Positions 32,875 through 47,662 of a DNA stretch of 64,000 nucleotides are shown here, in pieces. Numbering within the stretch: position 1 is the first letter of the stretch; each line of letters opens with the position of its first letter. The notes below the pieces were generated by a model. It worked only from the letters and a program-made list of their open reading frames with translations. It was not told the DNA's origin and searched no databases. The DNA comes from Paraspadella gotoi (taxonomy: Eukaryota; Animalia; Chaetognatha), in assembly GCA_051294375.1 (NCBI GenBank), contig CM119268.1:13651037-13715036 (forward strand). Reading direction: 5' to 3'. The position numbers and the translations under genes are program-made.

Positions 32875-35800
32875 TTTTTTCTCGATGACAGGACGGTGGT
32901 GCTGGTGTTTTTGTTGTTTTTTTTTTCGCGGTTGATTTAGTTTACGTTTCGCGAACGACGTCTCTTTCCTTTGTCTTCTTGTGTTTCTTCCGATTGTCGT
33001 CACCGAAACATTGTTGTTTTTTTTCAGAGATTTCCGAAGCGCCGTTCGCTCGGCGACGGATCGAAACCGCGAGGGAAGTCTTTTAACATTTTATTTTCGT
33101 CCAGATGAAGGCCGTTCATTTATTGAAAGATGAATGAGATGTAGTGATATTGTCGTGTTACCGTCAGCATCGAGGCGAATTAGATATGGACGGATGAAAG
33201 AAATATATTCACGTGACTCGACGGAGAATCATTTCGTGATCTCGTCTGTTTTTTTTTGTTTTTTTTTTTTGTTAGTTTCTTTTTCGATTTTTTTTAATGA
33301 GACTATGAAATTGGAAACCTTACAAAAATAAAAAGGAAAAAAGACGGTTAAATTTGAAAATTCGAAAAATGCACCTTGACAATAAAGTAATCAAATAAAT
33401 ATCATCTCAGTTATATATGTATATAACACAGCGTTTCAATAACTCGAAACGTATCCAGCTCATATCCATCGTCTTTCCCTGTACCAGCATCTCAAGGTTA
33501 ACCCTTTGTTCCAGGCCGCAGCGCGAGTCAACTCCGTAGTGATTAGAAAGTCGTTTTGTTCAATTAACAGTCGGGCATACAACTAAGAAGCACGTTGCAC
33601 TGAGCTACATTCGCCACAACCGACTTTGGGAAAGACAAAGAGCGTAGTTTTCGAGAAGGAAAGCAGCAGCCTTTTCATTTTAAAAAATCCGTCTCACGTG
33701 ATTCTACCTTACCTACGGACGTTGGAAGAAAAAATGACATTATTTTGTTGTTTTTTGTGGCTCCGAAGATGTCCAATATGTCTCCTATCGAGAACAAACC
33801 TCAAGGCGACTCGTGATTGGTCCGGGCGGGGGAAGATTAGCTAATCGCGAAGCTTAAAAATTGCCTCACGCAAAGACGTCAGAAAGGCGCTTCTTTCTTT
33901 TCCTGTCGGATCTGGGTTGAGGCCAATCAGAAACAGGTTTTTCTTGGTGGCTGCCGCTCGCGCAGCCGCAGCCGCTTACTCTGCTGGAGAATGTCAGCTG
34001 GGACAGGTCTCGAAAACCCACAGATCTAACACGAGAAAAGGTGAGTACCGGTTCAAAAGTCGAAAGGTATCCATTCGATTTGGGGAATCGTTTCTAACTG
34101 TTGGATTTTGAGCTGCACTGATTTTTTTTTCTGCTGCACTGATTAGATTTTGGTAATAGGACTCACTCGCCCAGTGACGGTGCAATATTCTTTAAGCCGA
34201 AAAGTTTTCCTTCGATATGCAATTAGTAAGCTTTCTGTTACTGCTATAATTATCTGCTTTAGTTTAGGAAATCAATAATTGTAAGATATATTTTAAAACC
34301 TTTTATAATAAAATATTTATTACATTTTGTAGAGGACAAAGTAAAAATTGATTTATTTATTGCCATAGGAATTTCAATGATTTATTAACTTATTTCGTCT
34401 TCCCCTTTACCATGTCTCAGATTAGGAAAACAACTAAGTTTCCAGTAAGCTTAGATCCTGCAACTTCATCTCACCGGCTTCACATCTGTTTCAAGGAATT
34501 TTCTGCGCTTGGTGACATGAGAAGACAGGAGAAACATGTTCATTTTGTTATGTTTTCTGATTTTTTTTTTTTTTTCAATTTTTATGCATTAAATGATTAA
34601 GCGTCGAGTCGTAGTCGTACTGTATTTTCTTATTTTTTTTATTGATGATTTGAATTATAAATCAAAAATAAAATATTTTTATTAATATAAAGCCCCCTCG
34701 GTGCATACTAATAGTAATTCAATTGTTTTTCTGAATCTGCTCTGAAAACTGGGTGAGGTCGCTTCGGGAATAAAAGCGAAAAGGAAAAACAGTTAAAAAA
34801 CAAAAGAGCAGGCTTTATTGTTTTTCTCAACAACTTGTTTTCTTCTATTACTGTTGTTTTAAGTTTCAAGAAACGTGAAAGCGTTGCTGTCTCAAAATTT
34901 CATTACCTCCTTCCTTTACAAAACAACTTTTTACCTCTTATATTGATTGTATCAATTTCTTAAAATTTAGACAATTGTAAATATCTCATGATCTATTGTC
35001 TGTCATGTTTTATTAATTAATATAATACTATTGTAAATCCTAAAATTAAACAAATCTTTGAAAGCGTCATAAGCGGACAAGCTCTAATCAAATGCTCGAT
35101 ATGAGCCTTACCAGAGAGAGAGAGAGAGAGAGCGAGAGCGAGAGAGAGCGAACACGAGGGAAGAGAGAGAGACAGAGAGTTTCTTTCCTTCTTTCTATCT
35201 CTCGTCGTAAACCTCGGATTTTTGAACGGCCAATCAGAGTAGAGAGATTTGTGTAGTCAGAAACGATTTAGCCAATCATCGTTCGAGATCGACGCCCCTT
35301 TTTTTCTCTCGTTTTCCATCTCTATTCTTCATCCTTCCATCCATTTTTGCAAGAAGCCTTTAGTTTTCACGCTCTGTTGTTTCACATTCGTGAGATTTTT
35401 CAAAGGTTGTTTTGTGCCGTTCTGTTTTTTTCCCGGTGATTTTTCGTCTGCGTCCAGAATTTGGACGCTACAATTGCAGCATCATGACCATTTTCGCCGT
35501 CGACGCCTAATAACGAGTCTCACTTCACGATTCTGAACTTGTGCGACCGATTTTTTTTCACCGAAGACGAATGAAAATAACCTGAGAGCGAAAATCCTCC
35601 GAAAAACATCCCATGCGGCAGCATATTTGAGTAATTTTAATTGACTTTCTACCCAAAAATGTATTCGAATATTTTTATCAGTTATTTAATTAGTATTTAT
35701 AACGTAATTACTACATGCTCGGAATTACATTTAATTTTTTTTTAAATTAATTTATTTATTTATTTATTTATTAATTTATGAATTTAGTAATTTATTAATT

Positions 35801-35951
35801 ACTTTAATAAATAAATTATAAATAAATAAAAAATAAATTTATATTTTTTTTCTTTTCTTTTTTTTCATTTGTTTTCTTTTCTTTTCTTTCCTTTCTTTCT
35901 TTCTTTCTATCTTTCTTTCTTTCTTTTCTTTCTTTCTTTCTTTCTTTCTTT

Positions 35952-36008
<57 letters not shown>

Positions 36009-36009
36009 T

Positions 36010-36045
<36 letters not shown>

Positions 36046-36370
36046 AGATTTTTGTTTTCGTACTTTGTCTTATTTATTCTAAGCGTTGATTATGGTTTAT
36101 TTGTTGTTGTTAAAATAAGTCTTCGTCGCTCTAATTAAAGTCATTGTAAAGACCTGAAGAAAGGTCCAACTGTTCTAGTTTATTCTATAACATTAACTTA
36201 TATGGTATTTATAAATTGAACCACTCTCGGTTTCATTAAACTTCTAATTCCGTCGCTTTAGTTCGCTAACACATTGGTGGGAAAAAGAAAAAAAAACGAG
36301 GGATAAAAAAGGATTTTCTGGGGGCAACTGACGCTGAAAAATTATCTTTTGTCGAGTCAGCGTTTAATTC

Positions 36371-36435
<65 letters not shown>

Positions 36436-39400
36436 TCTTTCTTTCTTTCTCTCTCTCTATTTTTTCCCCTTTTTTACATTCTCTTTGCTTAGCCTTAGGA
36501 TTATCTGAGCTACAAATTGAAATATGTTTATGAAAATTTCTATAATTGACGATTATGAATTTTTTTGTTTTATTTAAAAAAAGATGTACGTTTTCATGTT
36601 CAAACACCGACCGAAAAAAAAATAATAATTTTTTCGCTTTTTAAAACGTTTCAAATTTTTCTGGTGATATATTCAAATTTAGTTTTCCCTTCTGTCACTG
36701 ATCGGTGGTGTGAAATAAATATTTAAAAAATTTAACAATTGAAATCTAAATTTAATAAAAAACACAGAAAACAAGTACAAAAAGAATTGCGGTTACAATA
36801 CGATTTTTCCCCTTCGTTTCGTCTTTCTCCTTACTGTAAATACTTTCGTCATTCCTAAATCGCATGAAGTTTCTGCCCAAAAAAATAATTAATCTGCAAA
36901 GGCCTTTTTTTCCCTTAAAAAAGTACTAAAATGCATTTTATTGCATTTATCAAATTGATCCAACTAATGTAAAAATTTTCTATTTTGTATACATTTATAC
37001 ATTAATACTTGAATAATTAATACTGTATTTAAACCACAAAAAAAAGTTGTTCATTAAACGAAAATCATAAGCAAGCAAAAGGATCCAAGCTAAAAAAAAT
37101 ATCTTCAAAAGTAATGGAAAACGAATCGGTGTGATTTGGTTCCTTTTCCGCTAACAGACCCAAAACCATTCGTCTTAATCTGAGAAAAAGAGGAGAAAGA
37201 AATGTGGTTTCTATATTAGAAAAGAAAGAAATGGAGAAACACCACCATAAAAAGAAAAAGAAAAAAATATGAAAATTGCCCACGGCCCTTATGGTTTAAT
37301 GGTAACTAAACAGATGGCTTTTTTGTTATTATAATGATTAAACGCAACTAATTTTATCTTGTCTGACCTGCCTTGATCGTGATATTATTTTCTAATGCAT
37401 ACCTATCCGGAAAAGAAATTAAAAAAAACCTTAACCGTATGGTGGACTAAAATCCGAAAAAGACGTATGTAACCGACCCTTGTGTAATAACCGTATGTAA
37501 TCCTAAATAATGGATAACGACAACGAGGATCTTCCCGTTACTGCATAAAAATCATCATTTTTTTCTTTTTGCTGCTTCTAACGACGTCCGACGGCGACAG
37601 CAAAATCTAATCCTACGCATAAGGCGGGGTTGGAATGATCGGGGGTGATAAAAAAAGTCGAGGGAAAGTTCAAGAAGAATGAGTGGAAAGGTAAGGTGGG
37701 GGAGAGTGAAAAAAAAAGAATGGGATAAACTAACCTACCTAGAGTACCTAGACTTACGGGAAGTTTTAGGCCTTTACTCCTCGCACGTTTCCTGTATATG
37801 TTCCGCGTATTAGTACAAGCTCTCTCTCTCTCTCTCTCTCTCTTTCTTTCTTCAGTCTTCCTCCTGAGACGTTCTTGCTTCAACCCCAAGCCGAGGCCAC
37901 TCGAGCTAAACGCGCCCCGAAGGTTGAAACAATCATGGGTTGCCTCACTTTTTTTTCGGTTTTTTCTTTTCTCCTCTGGTTCTTGCTCTTTCCCCCCCCC
38001 CGGCCCCTTCTCCATTTCCGAGCTGTTTGGGTTTTAAGTAGTAGGATTTTTTAGTGCGTACAAGTCAGGAAGATTGCGTTCACAATATTTTATTTTTATT
38101 TTTCTTGGAATTCTTTTCTTTCTTCTTTTCTCTTTTCCTTCCCTCTTTATTTTTGAATTCTTAAAAGCTCAAAGTTTCCCCTTTCTTGCCAATATATGCA
38201 AATGTTTTTTTGAGTTTTTTTGGCCATTTCTTTTGCCGATATTTCTCTTGTTATTGTCTAATGTTTCTGTCTTTTTTTTTTCGTCTGCTCCGCCGCCATC
38301 GATGTGTTTATCCCCTTTCCCGCCAGAGGCGTCCTCCGAGTTGACGATGTTTCTCCAGTCGTTTCCATCACGAGTTAACTGCTTCGTCCCACTCGCCGTT
38401 TTTTCTTTCTTCTTTTCTTTCTTTCTTTCTTCCCACTCCTTTCTAACGCTTCTTACCTTACTTTATATTTCTTTCCTTTCCTCCTTTTATTTCTTTTTTC
38501 TTTCTTTCGTTTCGTAGTTTCTCTTTTCACTCCATCCACCTTTCACATCCACGCTTCACTTTCACGCTATTAACGCCCACATTTCCAATATTTCTTACGT
38601 CTTTAACGGTTTTCCCTTTTCCATTTCTTTTCTTCTTTATTCGAGCCATGTTTTTCTTTTTCTTTTTAACTTACCTTCTTTTCCTCTAATTTACCTCCCG
38701 TCGAGATTCGTTCACTGACTACAATTCTTTTTTTCTTTTTCCGTCACAGATTTTGTTTTGGCAACTTTTCGGCTTTCAACGAAATCTTTTTTTCATCCTT
38801 TTAAACTTACTATTTTAACTCACCTTAAGATTCACTTTTAGAGAATCGTTCTCTTCTTTTCCTACCCAATTTATTTCATCCTCTTTCTCAAACACTTCTC
38901 TCAAATTTCTAAGCCATTTCTTTCATTCTGTGACATTTTCTTCGATTATTATTTTTTCATTTTTCCGTTTTTTTGCCTTTCTTCTTTTCTTTACCCCATT
39001 TTTCCTCCCTTTTCCCCGGATATTTTTTAAGCGTGAATATTTTTCCGGGCGAATCGCTTTTCGGTTTTCATCTCTCCTTAGTGACGCTCGGCAATGGCGC
39101 GGAGGAAGACGAAAAAAATGGCGTGAAGGAATAAGAAAAAATGGTGTGGAGGACGATAGAAAAATGGCGCGAAGGAAAATTTAAAAATGGCATCGAGAAA
39201 TGTAGTAGATAAAAATATCTTGAGGAAGGAAGGAAGGTCCTGAAAAATTAGAGGGAGAAGTGAAAAAAGTAAAGGCGGAAACAAATGAGGCCGTCACGAA
39301 AAAAAAAATAACCAAAAGAAATTTAAAAAAAAAAATTTTAATTTTAATGAATTCTTTAAAATAATATAAAGGAGAAAGAAGAAAACCAATCAAAAATGTA

Positions 39401-40015
39401 TCTAATTACGTCTAGTTAAAATTAACAATGTTATTTCCCAGTTTTTCAATAGTAATTACATTTTACATCGGTCTCAACCATGCCAATTTTTAAATTCTCT
39501 CATCCACCGCCATAAATTTTAAATTATTTGAAAACCCTTATTTTCTCATCTCATCCTTGATACGTTTTCTAGCATTGCACAGTTTGCACTTGGTCGTTAT
39601 CGCTGTTTGCAGAATCCCCTATTTCAAATGTCAGAGTCACTCTCTCTCTCTCTTTCTCTCTTTCTCTCTCTCTCACCTTGAATATTCACGAGAAAGACGA
39701 ATCAATGACGCTCGCGACTACTCGAGTCTACAGCGAAGTTATTTCTAGAATTAGTTGGGAAAAAGGATTAGAAACAGATATAGAGCGCTTTCGAATAATA
39801 GTGATCTCGTTGAAATGTAATTTATTTAGTATTTAGAATGTTTCATTCATTTTATTTTTTACGAAAAATTTTAAAACATTTTCTTCATGTTTGCATATTA
39901 AAAAAAAAGAGTAAAATGTTTCTCAAATGTCAATCTATGATGAAAAGATTCGGGCTAACTGCGCAGTCTCTTGGTAGATGGTTGGCCTTTATGGGATCGA
40001 CTTGGCGGAACCAAG

Positions 40016-40046
<31 letters not shown>

Positions 40047-40323
40047 CTTTTATTTCTCTTTCTCTTTTTTTCTTTCTCTTTACTTTCAAATACTTTCAAA
40101 TAGGTTGACCAAGAAAAAAAGGCCTTTCAGATTTACGCTAATTAGGATTTCCGGTCTGCTGTTGAATCGTTGCAATTTAATTGGCAAGATTGACTGAAAA
40201 AGTCAGTCGCCTTTTTTTTTTTGAATTAGTGAGAGAAATGAGTCGAGTCGACGTCTGGATCGAACCTGGTTTTGATTTTCACTTCGTCCTCTCGTACCTC
40301 AATTCAAAATGCAGATGAAGGAT

Positions 40324-40415
<92 letters not shown>

Positions 40416-43400
40416 CATCGGTGAAAAGCAACTCGTGAGTGAAAAGCCTTCACCGTCACTGCGTCTCATCTTTGGAGCGGTGGTCTTGTTATTCCTTTCG
40501 CTCGATCGTTCGTTCGTCCGTTTTTTTTTTCGTCGTTAAATTTGCTCGTTGATCCGTAAATCGCTATTTGCACGAAAGAAACATTTTAGATCCTTTGTTC
40601 AAATCTTTACCAACTCGAATTTTTTTATTTACAGGCATCGACTGTCAATATCTCAATGTGTGCCGTTCCTGTTTATTTCTCGCTCGAAAGAAAAATCCAA
40701 AATTCAAATTCGATCAGCGAAAGAAAAGAAAAAGGGGAATGAGTTTTAGTTTTAAAAGGCAAATGCCGCGATAATTTATTTTTTTCCTTTTTTAAAATTC
40801 AAAATGTTAATAATTCAGCGGCGACCTTAGGAAACGATGCAACTCGTTATCGTCATTAACATCGTCGCTGTCGTCGTCGTCGTGACCGTCGTCGACGTCA
40901 TTCAAAACTCATTCCAATTGTTGTCCTCGATTTATTTAAAAATTCCTCCTCTTTCGTTTGTCTACTCTTGGATTTTCAGCTCTGCTCAGGTTCATCGTCT
41001 TTTTTTTTTTTTTAAAGAGTGATTTCTCTATAGTTGGTGAAACCTTTCATTCGAGTTTTATTGCGTCAAAGTTAATTATTTTTCTCTCTCTCTCTCTCTC
41101 TTCGGTTTTCAGTTTCCTTTCTTTTTCCTTTCTCCTTTTTCCTTCCGCCGGGATCTACCGGGATCTCCTTCGATCCTCTACCGGGAACTATGTTTTTTAG
41201 CTTCGATCTCTCGATCCTTTAAATTAAGGCTTAATCGGAGACCTCGATCTCGCCTGGGCGCGATATAACAGCCTCTGGCCATCTCGGCTCGGATTTCCTC
41301 ACGTCGCCCATTCTGTCAAATTTTCTCGATATTTTTTCCGACGTTACAAAAATGTGGTATTTCGAAGGTTTCAATTGAGAATGTAAATTCCTTAATCTAT
41401 TCCTCTGCGTCGAATATAAAAATAAATTGCGACGGCTTATTTTATTTATTCCTTTTTTTTTTTTTTTCAATTTTAAATCGGTGTTAAAAAAAAGTTCCCG
41501 CTGCCTCTTAAATTTTTTGTCGCGGACTTTATGACCCAATTTAAAAAATTGTTCATCTTTTAATTGCTTTACGGTAATCCAATTAACTGTCAATCAAGAA
41601 AAATTACTTCGAATATATAGCCTTTTTAAGCCACTAAAGGACCAAAAAAAAAATGTTTATTTTTTTTAGGTTTCTGGTCGCTTTTTCGAACCGCTGGATT
41701 TCTGAATTTCATTTTTTTTTTTTGAAAGAGAAATTGTATTATTTTCGTTTAAACGCGTTGATCGATTTTCGTGCAGAGAAGTTTGTTTTTCATTTTTTTT
41801 AAATTGCTCACTTTCTTAGTAGCTCTCGGTCTTCATTCGGTCTGATAATTTTTGATCGGTCAGAATATGAAATAAATAGTTTAAAATATTTTTATCCTTA
41901 ATTATTAGTTTAATATTTTACCTTAATATAAGAAATATATAACATCACCAAGGGCTATGACTGATGGGACTCTGAAAAGCTTTCCCTTAAGTTGGCAGTT
42001 GAGATCAACTCACGGATTCCCCTGCCAAAAGTCTTTGCGACATTCTCCTCTCCGCTTTTTTCTCTTTTTTTTCTCTTGATAGCTCTGCATGTACTTCTTT
42101 TATCATTATATTTAATTTAATTTAATTTTTGTTCTTTCTTTCCTAATGAAAATAATCCCCTTTCACTAATGAGTAGATAAAACATTATGGTATACATGAA
42201 ATCATTGCGGCATATCGGTGATTCGTGATAACTACGAAAATGCAAAAAAACCGTCTTCCCCATGTCATTTTACACCTCACTTTCACAAAAGTACCTCGTG
42301 ACTCTCGTCTCTCTCTCGCGATTTACTTTAGGTACAAACGGTCGATCTCCTCCTTTACCACGAGATCTCTTTACACACCATCGTCTCTCTCTCTCTCTCT
42401 TCTCTCTCTCGTCGTCTCTCTCTCCTCTCTCTCTCTCTCTCTTTCATCATCATCTCTCTCTCTCTCCTCATGGATATCTTTCCTCTCTCTTCTCTCATCC
42501 GGTTTTTTACGCGAGTTCATTCTGTGACCCCTAATCCATTCGACTTTTCTCGGACTGATATTATCTTCCATCGAGCCGTAAGTCTTTTACCTTTCTCTCT
42601 ATATTCACTTTGGTTCGCCTCACACATTTACTGTGACCATATATTTCTTTGGTATTTCGAGCTTGCACTGACTCACATGTTCTCTTCATTATTGCCACAC
42701 TTGAAAATTATCTTCACACCCAAACGGAAGTCACTAAAAAATCACTCTTGTAACAACCCACTACCCTTTTGCGCTTACTCATTTAATTATCACCATAAAT
42801 CGTCCTTTCCCACACACTTTCCTAATGTACCCATCTCTGGAGCTGTAAACGTCCTCCCCAGAGGCGATATATCGTCCCCCTCCCCCAATCCCTCATTCTC
42901 GCTGGGATTCTTCGTACGAAACGCCTAATCGATTCCCGCCTTCTCCTATCATCATCGTCTTCTCAACTGACTTCATCTCTTCATCTCTCGCCGCGCCATT
43001 CGCCCCGACAATGGCGCCCTCGTTCAATCATTTTCTTTCCATCTTTTATTTTTTCGGTTCGCGAGTTCATTAACTTTTCATCCTCTTTTTTCCACGCGGT
43101 CATTTCGTCCGAGTACTTAGGGAGGATTTAAAAAAAAAAAAAAATAAAGCAGAGACTCTAGAAGACTTAATAAATGATTCAATGAACAATGTTGAGATGT
43201 CCTCTTGTTCGCGCACAAGGATATTTCGATCGCCATTCTCCGCAATTTTTACCGATTTCGGCCTTTCGCGTCGTTCATTCGGCCATTTTTTCGCGTCCAT
43301 TTTTCCCCCCCCAATCAATGGTCGAAAATGTTAGAATTAGTTTGCGAAATCGTGCAACGCTTCGAGGAATTTGTGATTCGATTCGCTAAGATATCGAATC

Positions 43401-43723
43401 CCAGAGGGGCCATACGCGGTTGTGGGGCTACCCGCGTCACACAATCAAAGCTACTCCTCTTACGCCACACAGAGAGCACTACTTCTGCAGCGACACCGTC
43501 CTCGCAATCTCTGAATCTACAACATAGACTCGACCTCCGACTCGACACGGTGACTTCAACGACGGCCCCGAGGCGAGCCCCCTTTATCTCCACCAAGAAA
43601 CGCAAGCGACTCGAACTCCATCTCGCGACCTTTTTGCCGCAACCGCCTTCGCCGGCCAAAAATGTCTTTTTCCCCTTCTTCCGTTGCTTTCCTCGCCGAC
43701 GTTGGCCAATTTCCTTTTTTTTT

Positions 43724-44481
43724 NNNNNNNNNNNNNNNNNNNNNNNNNNNNNNNNNNNNNNNNNNNNNNNNNNNNNNNNNNNNNNNNNNNNNNNNNNNNN
43801 NNNNNNNNNNNNNNNNNNNNNNNNNNNNNNNNNNNNNNNNNNNNNNNNNNNNNNNNNNNNNNNNNNNNNNNNNNNNNNNNNNNNNNNNNNNNNNNNNNNN
43901 NNNNNNNNNNNNNNNNNNNNNNNNNNNNNNNNNNNNNNNNNNNNNNNNNNNNNNNNNNNNNNNNNNNNNNNNNNNNNNNNNNNNNNNNNNNNNNNNNNNN
44001 NNNNNNNNNNNNNNNNNNNNNNNNNNNNNNNNNNNNNNNNNNNNNNNNNNNNNNNNNNNNNNNNNNNNNNNNNNNNNNNNNNNNNNNNNNNNNNNNNNNN
44101 NNNNNNNNNNNNNNNNNNNNNNNNNNNNNNNNNNNNNNNNNNNNNNNNNNNNNNNNNNNNNNNNNNNNNNNNNNNNNNNNNNNNNNNNNNNNNNNNNNNN
44201 NNNNNNNNNNNNNNNNNNNNNNNNNNNNNNNNNNNNNNNNNNNNNNNNNNNNNNNNNNNNNNNNNNNNNNNNNNNNNNNNNNNNNNNNNNNNNNNNNNNN
44301 NNNNNNNNNNNNNNNNNNNNNNNNNNNNNNNNNNNNNNNNNNNNNNNNNNNNNNNNNNNNNNNNNNNNNNNNNNNNNNNNNNNNNNNNNNNNNNNNNNNN
44401 NNNNNNNNNNNNNNNNNNNNNNNNNNNNNNNNNNNNNNNNNNNNNNNNNNNNNNNNNNNNNNNNNNNNNNNNNNNNNNNNN
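43724..44481. other. Largest of many assembly gaps (N runs); most of 43.7-64 kb is fragmented
   Basis: N run. The X-containing ORFs in the provided track arise from these gaps. Confidence 0.99.
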
Positions 44482-45106
44482 NGTACTCGATACTGTCCAG
44501 GGTCAAGTGTAATCATTTCATTTCTATTTCTCTCTCTCCACTCTAGCATTATACACACAACCTTTAACGAGCGAACCTAGTTTCGCCTCGCCTCTTGCTG
44601 AACTGATTTTTCGCCATTTTTCGAATGAATAAATAAATTAATTATAATGAATTTCGAGCTAGCGCCCGACATTCAGGATTTTCTTTGCCGGCCTCTTGCA
44701 TAATGAAAACCGTTTATGAGGCACTTTTTTTTTCATCCTAAATCCGATACGCTTTAAAAACAAGCGCCTTCTTTTTTTAATGATTTATTGTCGCATTGTT
44801 TAGGGAAAAAAATCCGTTTTCTAAATTGCTTTCCCAGTCTTCTTCTATTTTGTTTTCTTTCTTTTTTTTTTGAATAATTTTTTTTTTATCGATTCAAATA
44901 AAACGAATCCGACTCGAGTGAAAATCTCTTTGCAATTTTTTTTTTTTTAAATCGTTTTCTTCGTCTTCGTCGTTTTCGTTTTTGAATCTTTCTCTTCGTC
45001 ATCGCGATCATTCACGCGATGTTTTGTTAATCTATGATCCTTTTTCATGACCTTCAAATCTCTCTTCTCTCTCTCATCTCTCCACATCTCTCTCTCTCTC
45101 TCATCG

Positions 45107-45137
<31 letters not shown>

Positions 45138-45164
45138 ATTTCTCTCTCTCTCTCTGCTCTCATC

Positions 45165-45308
45165 TCTCTCTCTCCATGATTAAAATCTTTCCCTCCTAAA
45201 CTAACTTGACCTTATGACCTTTCTCGCAACGACGCCTCGAATTCGTCAAGACGCGAGAGAGAGAGACGAGAGTTTTATACCTGNNNNNNNNNNNNNNNNN
45301 NNNNNNNN

Positions 45309-45340
<32 letters not shown>

Positions 45341-45443
45341 ATTAAAAACTTTCCCTCCGCCTAGAACTACTTGACCTTTGACCTTTCGCAACGACCCTCG
45401 AATTCGTCAGAGACGCGAGAGAGAGAGAGAGAGTTTTATACCT
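45165..45443 (+). repeat. Noisy direct duplication flanking a 25-N gap (contig-overlap artefact)
   Basis: CTCCATGATTAAAA.CTTTCCCTCC...GACCTTT.CGCAACGAC.CCTCGAATTCGTCA.GACGCGAGAGAG...GAGTTTTATACCT occurs on both sides of N 45284-45308. Confidence 0.8.
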
Positions 45444-45738
45444 CACGGGAAAAAAAGATGTTTACCTTTTATCTTATTAAAAAATTCGCAAAAAATTGTT
45501 TTTTTTTCACCCGTAAAGTTGTGTCTTTACTCATCTCTTTTATCTAATTTATATCATTTTTATTTATTTTATTTTATTTTATTTATTTTAACCCGTTCAT
45601 TGAAATATTCTTCTTTTATCATTCAAAAAAATAATTTTCACGCATTTTTAAACTAACGTCTTTCCCTCTTTCTCCAACTTTAGACTCGTAGGTTTAGACA
45701 CTTAACCTTCCCAGCGAAATCGAAAAAAAAAAACGAAA

Positions 45739-46738
45739 ATGGGTCGCGTTCGCACGAAAACCGTGAAAAAGGCCGCGCGCGTCATCGTCGAGAAATATTA
45801 CACTCGACTTGGGTCAGATTTTCACACCAACAAGCGCATCGCCGAGGAGGTCGCCATCATTCCCAGCAAGCGACTGCGCAATCAGATCGCCGGCTTCACG
45901 ACTCACCTCATGAAGCGGATCCAGCGTGGACCCGTGAGGGGNNNNNNNNNNNNNNNNNNNNNNNNNNNNNNNNNNNNNNNNNNNNNNNNNNNNNNNNNNN
46001 NNNNNNNNNNNNNNNNNNNNNNNNNNNNNNNNNNNNNNNNNNNNNNNNNNNNNNNNNNNNNNNNNNNNNNNNNNNNNNNNNNNNNNNNNNNNNNNNNNNN
46101 NNNNNNNNNNNNNNNNNNNNNNNNNNNNNNNNNNNNNNNNNNNNNNNNNNNNNNNNNNNNNNNNNNNNNNNNNNNNNNNNNNNNNNNNACAATTACGTCC
46201 CCGAGATTTCCTACATCGACGCGATGGACGTCATCGAAGTTGACGCCGACACGAAGGAGATGCTCAAGTCCTTCGACATGGCGGGCATCTCCAACTTGCA
46301 GGCGAGTCACTCTTTTGTGAACCGTTTTTTCGTAGGCTACCAAAATATATTGTTTTGCTCTTCGCAAGGAATTTTATTGAGAACAGACATGTTTCCGGCA
46401 GCTTTCTGCCTATCGTCTGTTGGTTTGTGCTTTCGAAAATGTTTGCTCTCTCTCTNNNNNNNNNNNNNNNNNNNNNNNNNNNNNNNNNNNNNNNNNNNNN
46501 NNNNNNNNNNNNNNNNNNNNNNNNNNNNNNNNNNNNNNNNNNNNNNNNNNNNNNNNNNNNNNNNNNNNNNNNNNNNNNNNNNNNNNNNNNNNNNNNNNNN
46601 NNNNNNNNNNNNNNNNNNNNNNNNNNNNNNNNNNNNNNNNACTATTAAATAAATATTTAATAAATATTCCTTAATCCAAACTGGCCTTCTTTCTGATGCA
46701 GGTCGTTCAACCTACGACGCAGACGAACTGGCGAACTC
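45739..46738 (+). CDS. RPS17: 40S ribosomal protein S17 (eS17), interrupted by gaps; 3' end lies in a gap
   Basis: 45739-45941 encodes [67 protein letters not shown]. 46189-46301 encodes [38 protein letters not shown]. 46702-46738 encodes [12 protein letters not shown]. The last intron starts GC. Confidence 0.96.
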
Positions 46739-47662
46739 NNNNNNNNNNNNNNNNNNNNNNNNNNNNNNNNNNNNNNNNNNNNNNNNNNNNNNNNNNNNNN
46801 NNNNNNNNNNNNNNNNNNNNNNNNNNNNNNNNNNNNNNNNNNNNNNNNNNNNNNNNNNNNNNNNNNNNNNNNNNNNNNNNNNNCGAGATGTTTAATTTAT
46901 TTAAAAAAAAAGTTTAGCGGGTTATACGGTTTAATTTCAATAGGCATCGATCTCTCGACTGACTCGTTAGTTCACTTCGAAGTCACTAAAAATACATAAG
47001 AGAGCGTTCGGATTTCTGACATCTGCTGTGCGTTTAGCTTTCCAATTGTTTGTTCGAATTAATAATCTTCTATCCTTACTTAAAACAACAAACTTACATT
47101 CTCGTTCATAATGTCTCGATTAACGTTCAAAAAAATATTTCACCAATCAATTTTCTTGGTAACTAATTATTAAAATCTCCAAAACGTTCAAACATTTATC
47201 TCATCAACGTGCAACGCTAAAATCTTCAATCCCTCCAATCACGAAGCTCGAAAATCTGAATCTATCCAATCACAGTTGGACGGAAATCGACAACCGATTT
47301 CTTTTCTTTTCAAAAGCAAAGCCCTTTTTTTATACTTTTTTTTCCATCGAATTTCGATTCTCGTTTTTCCTGGGAAACTAATAAGATTGACGTCGCGCAA
47401 TATTGGGACGTCGATGTCAAAAGACAATGCGATGATGATCAAACGCGTGATGAATTACTAAATAAACGGCCGTATCCCGTCGAAAGAACGCAATGCATTT
47501 TGAATAATAATGATAAACGTAAAATGAAAAAAAAAGTAGATCATTGCTTAGAATGATAAAGAGAAAAATATTTAGGATCCGGGGATTATGATAATTTTCG
47601 TTGGAACGCCCACCTCTTTCCTAAAACCCCGGCAATCATTCCCGACGCTTATTTGTTTACAC

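Noticed and set aside
35869-42928. Phe/Leu/Ser-rich ORFs resembling membrane proteins
   Set aside because: Translations of (CT)n, (TTTC)n and poly-T tracts.
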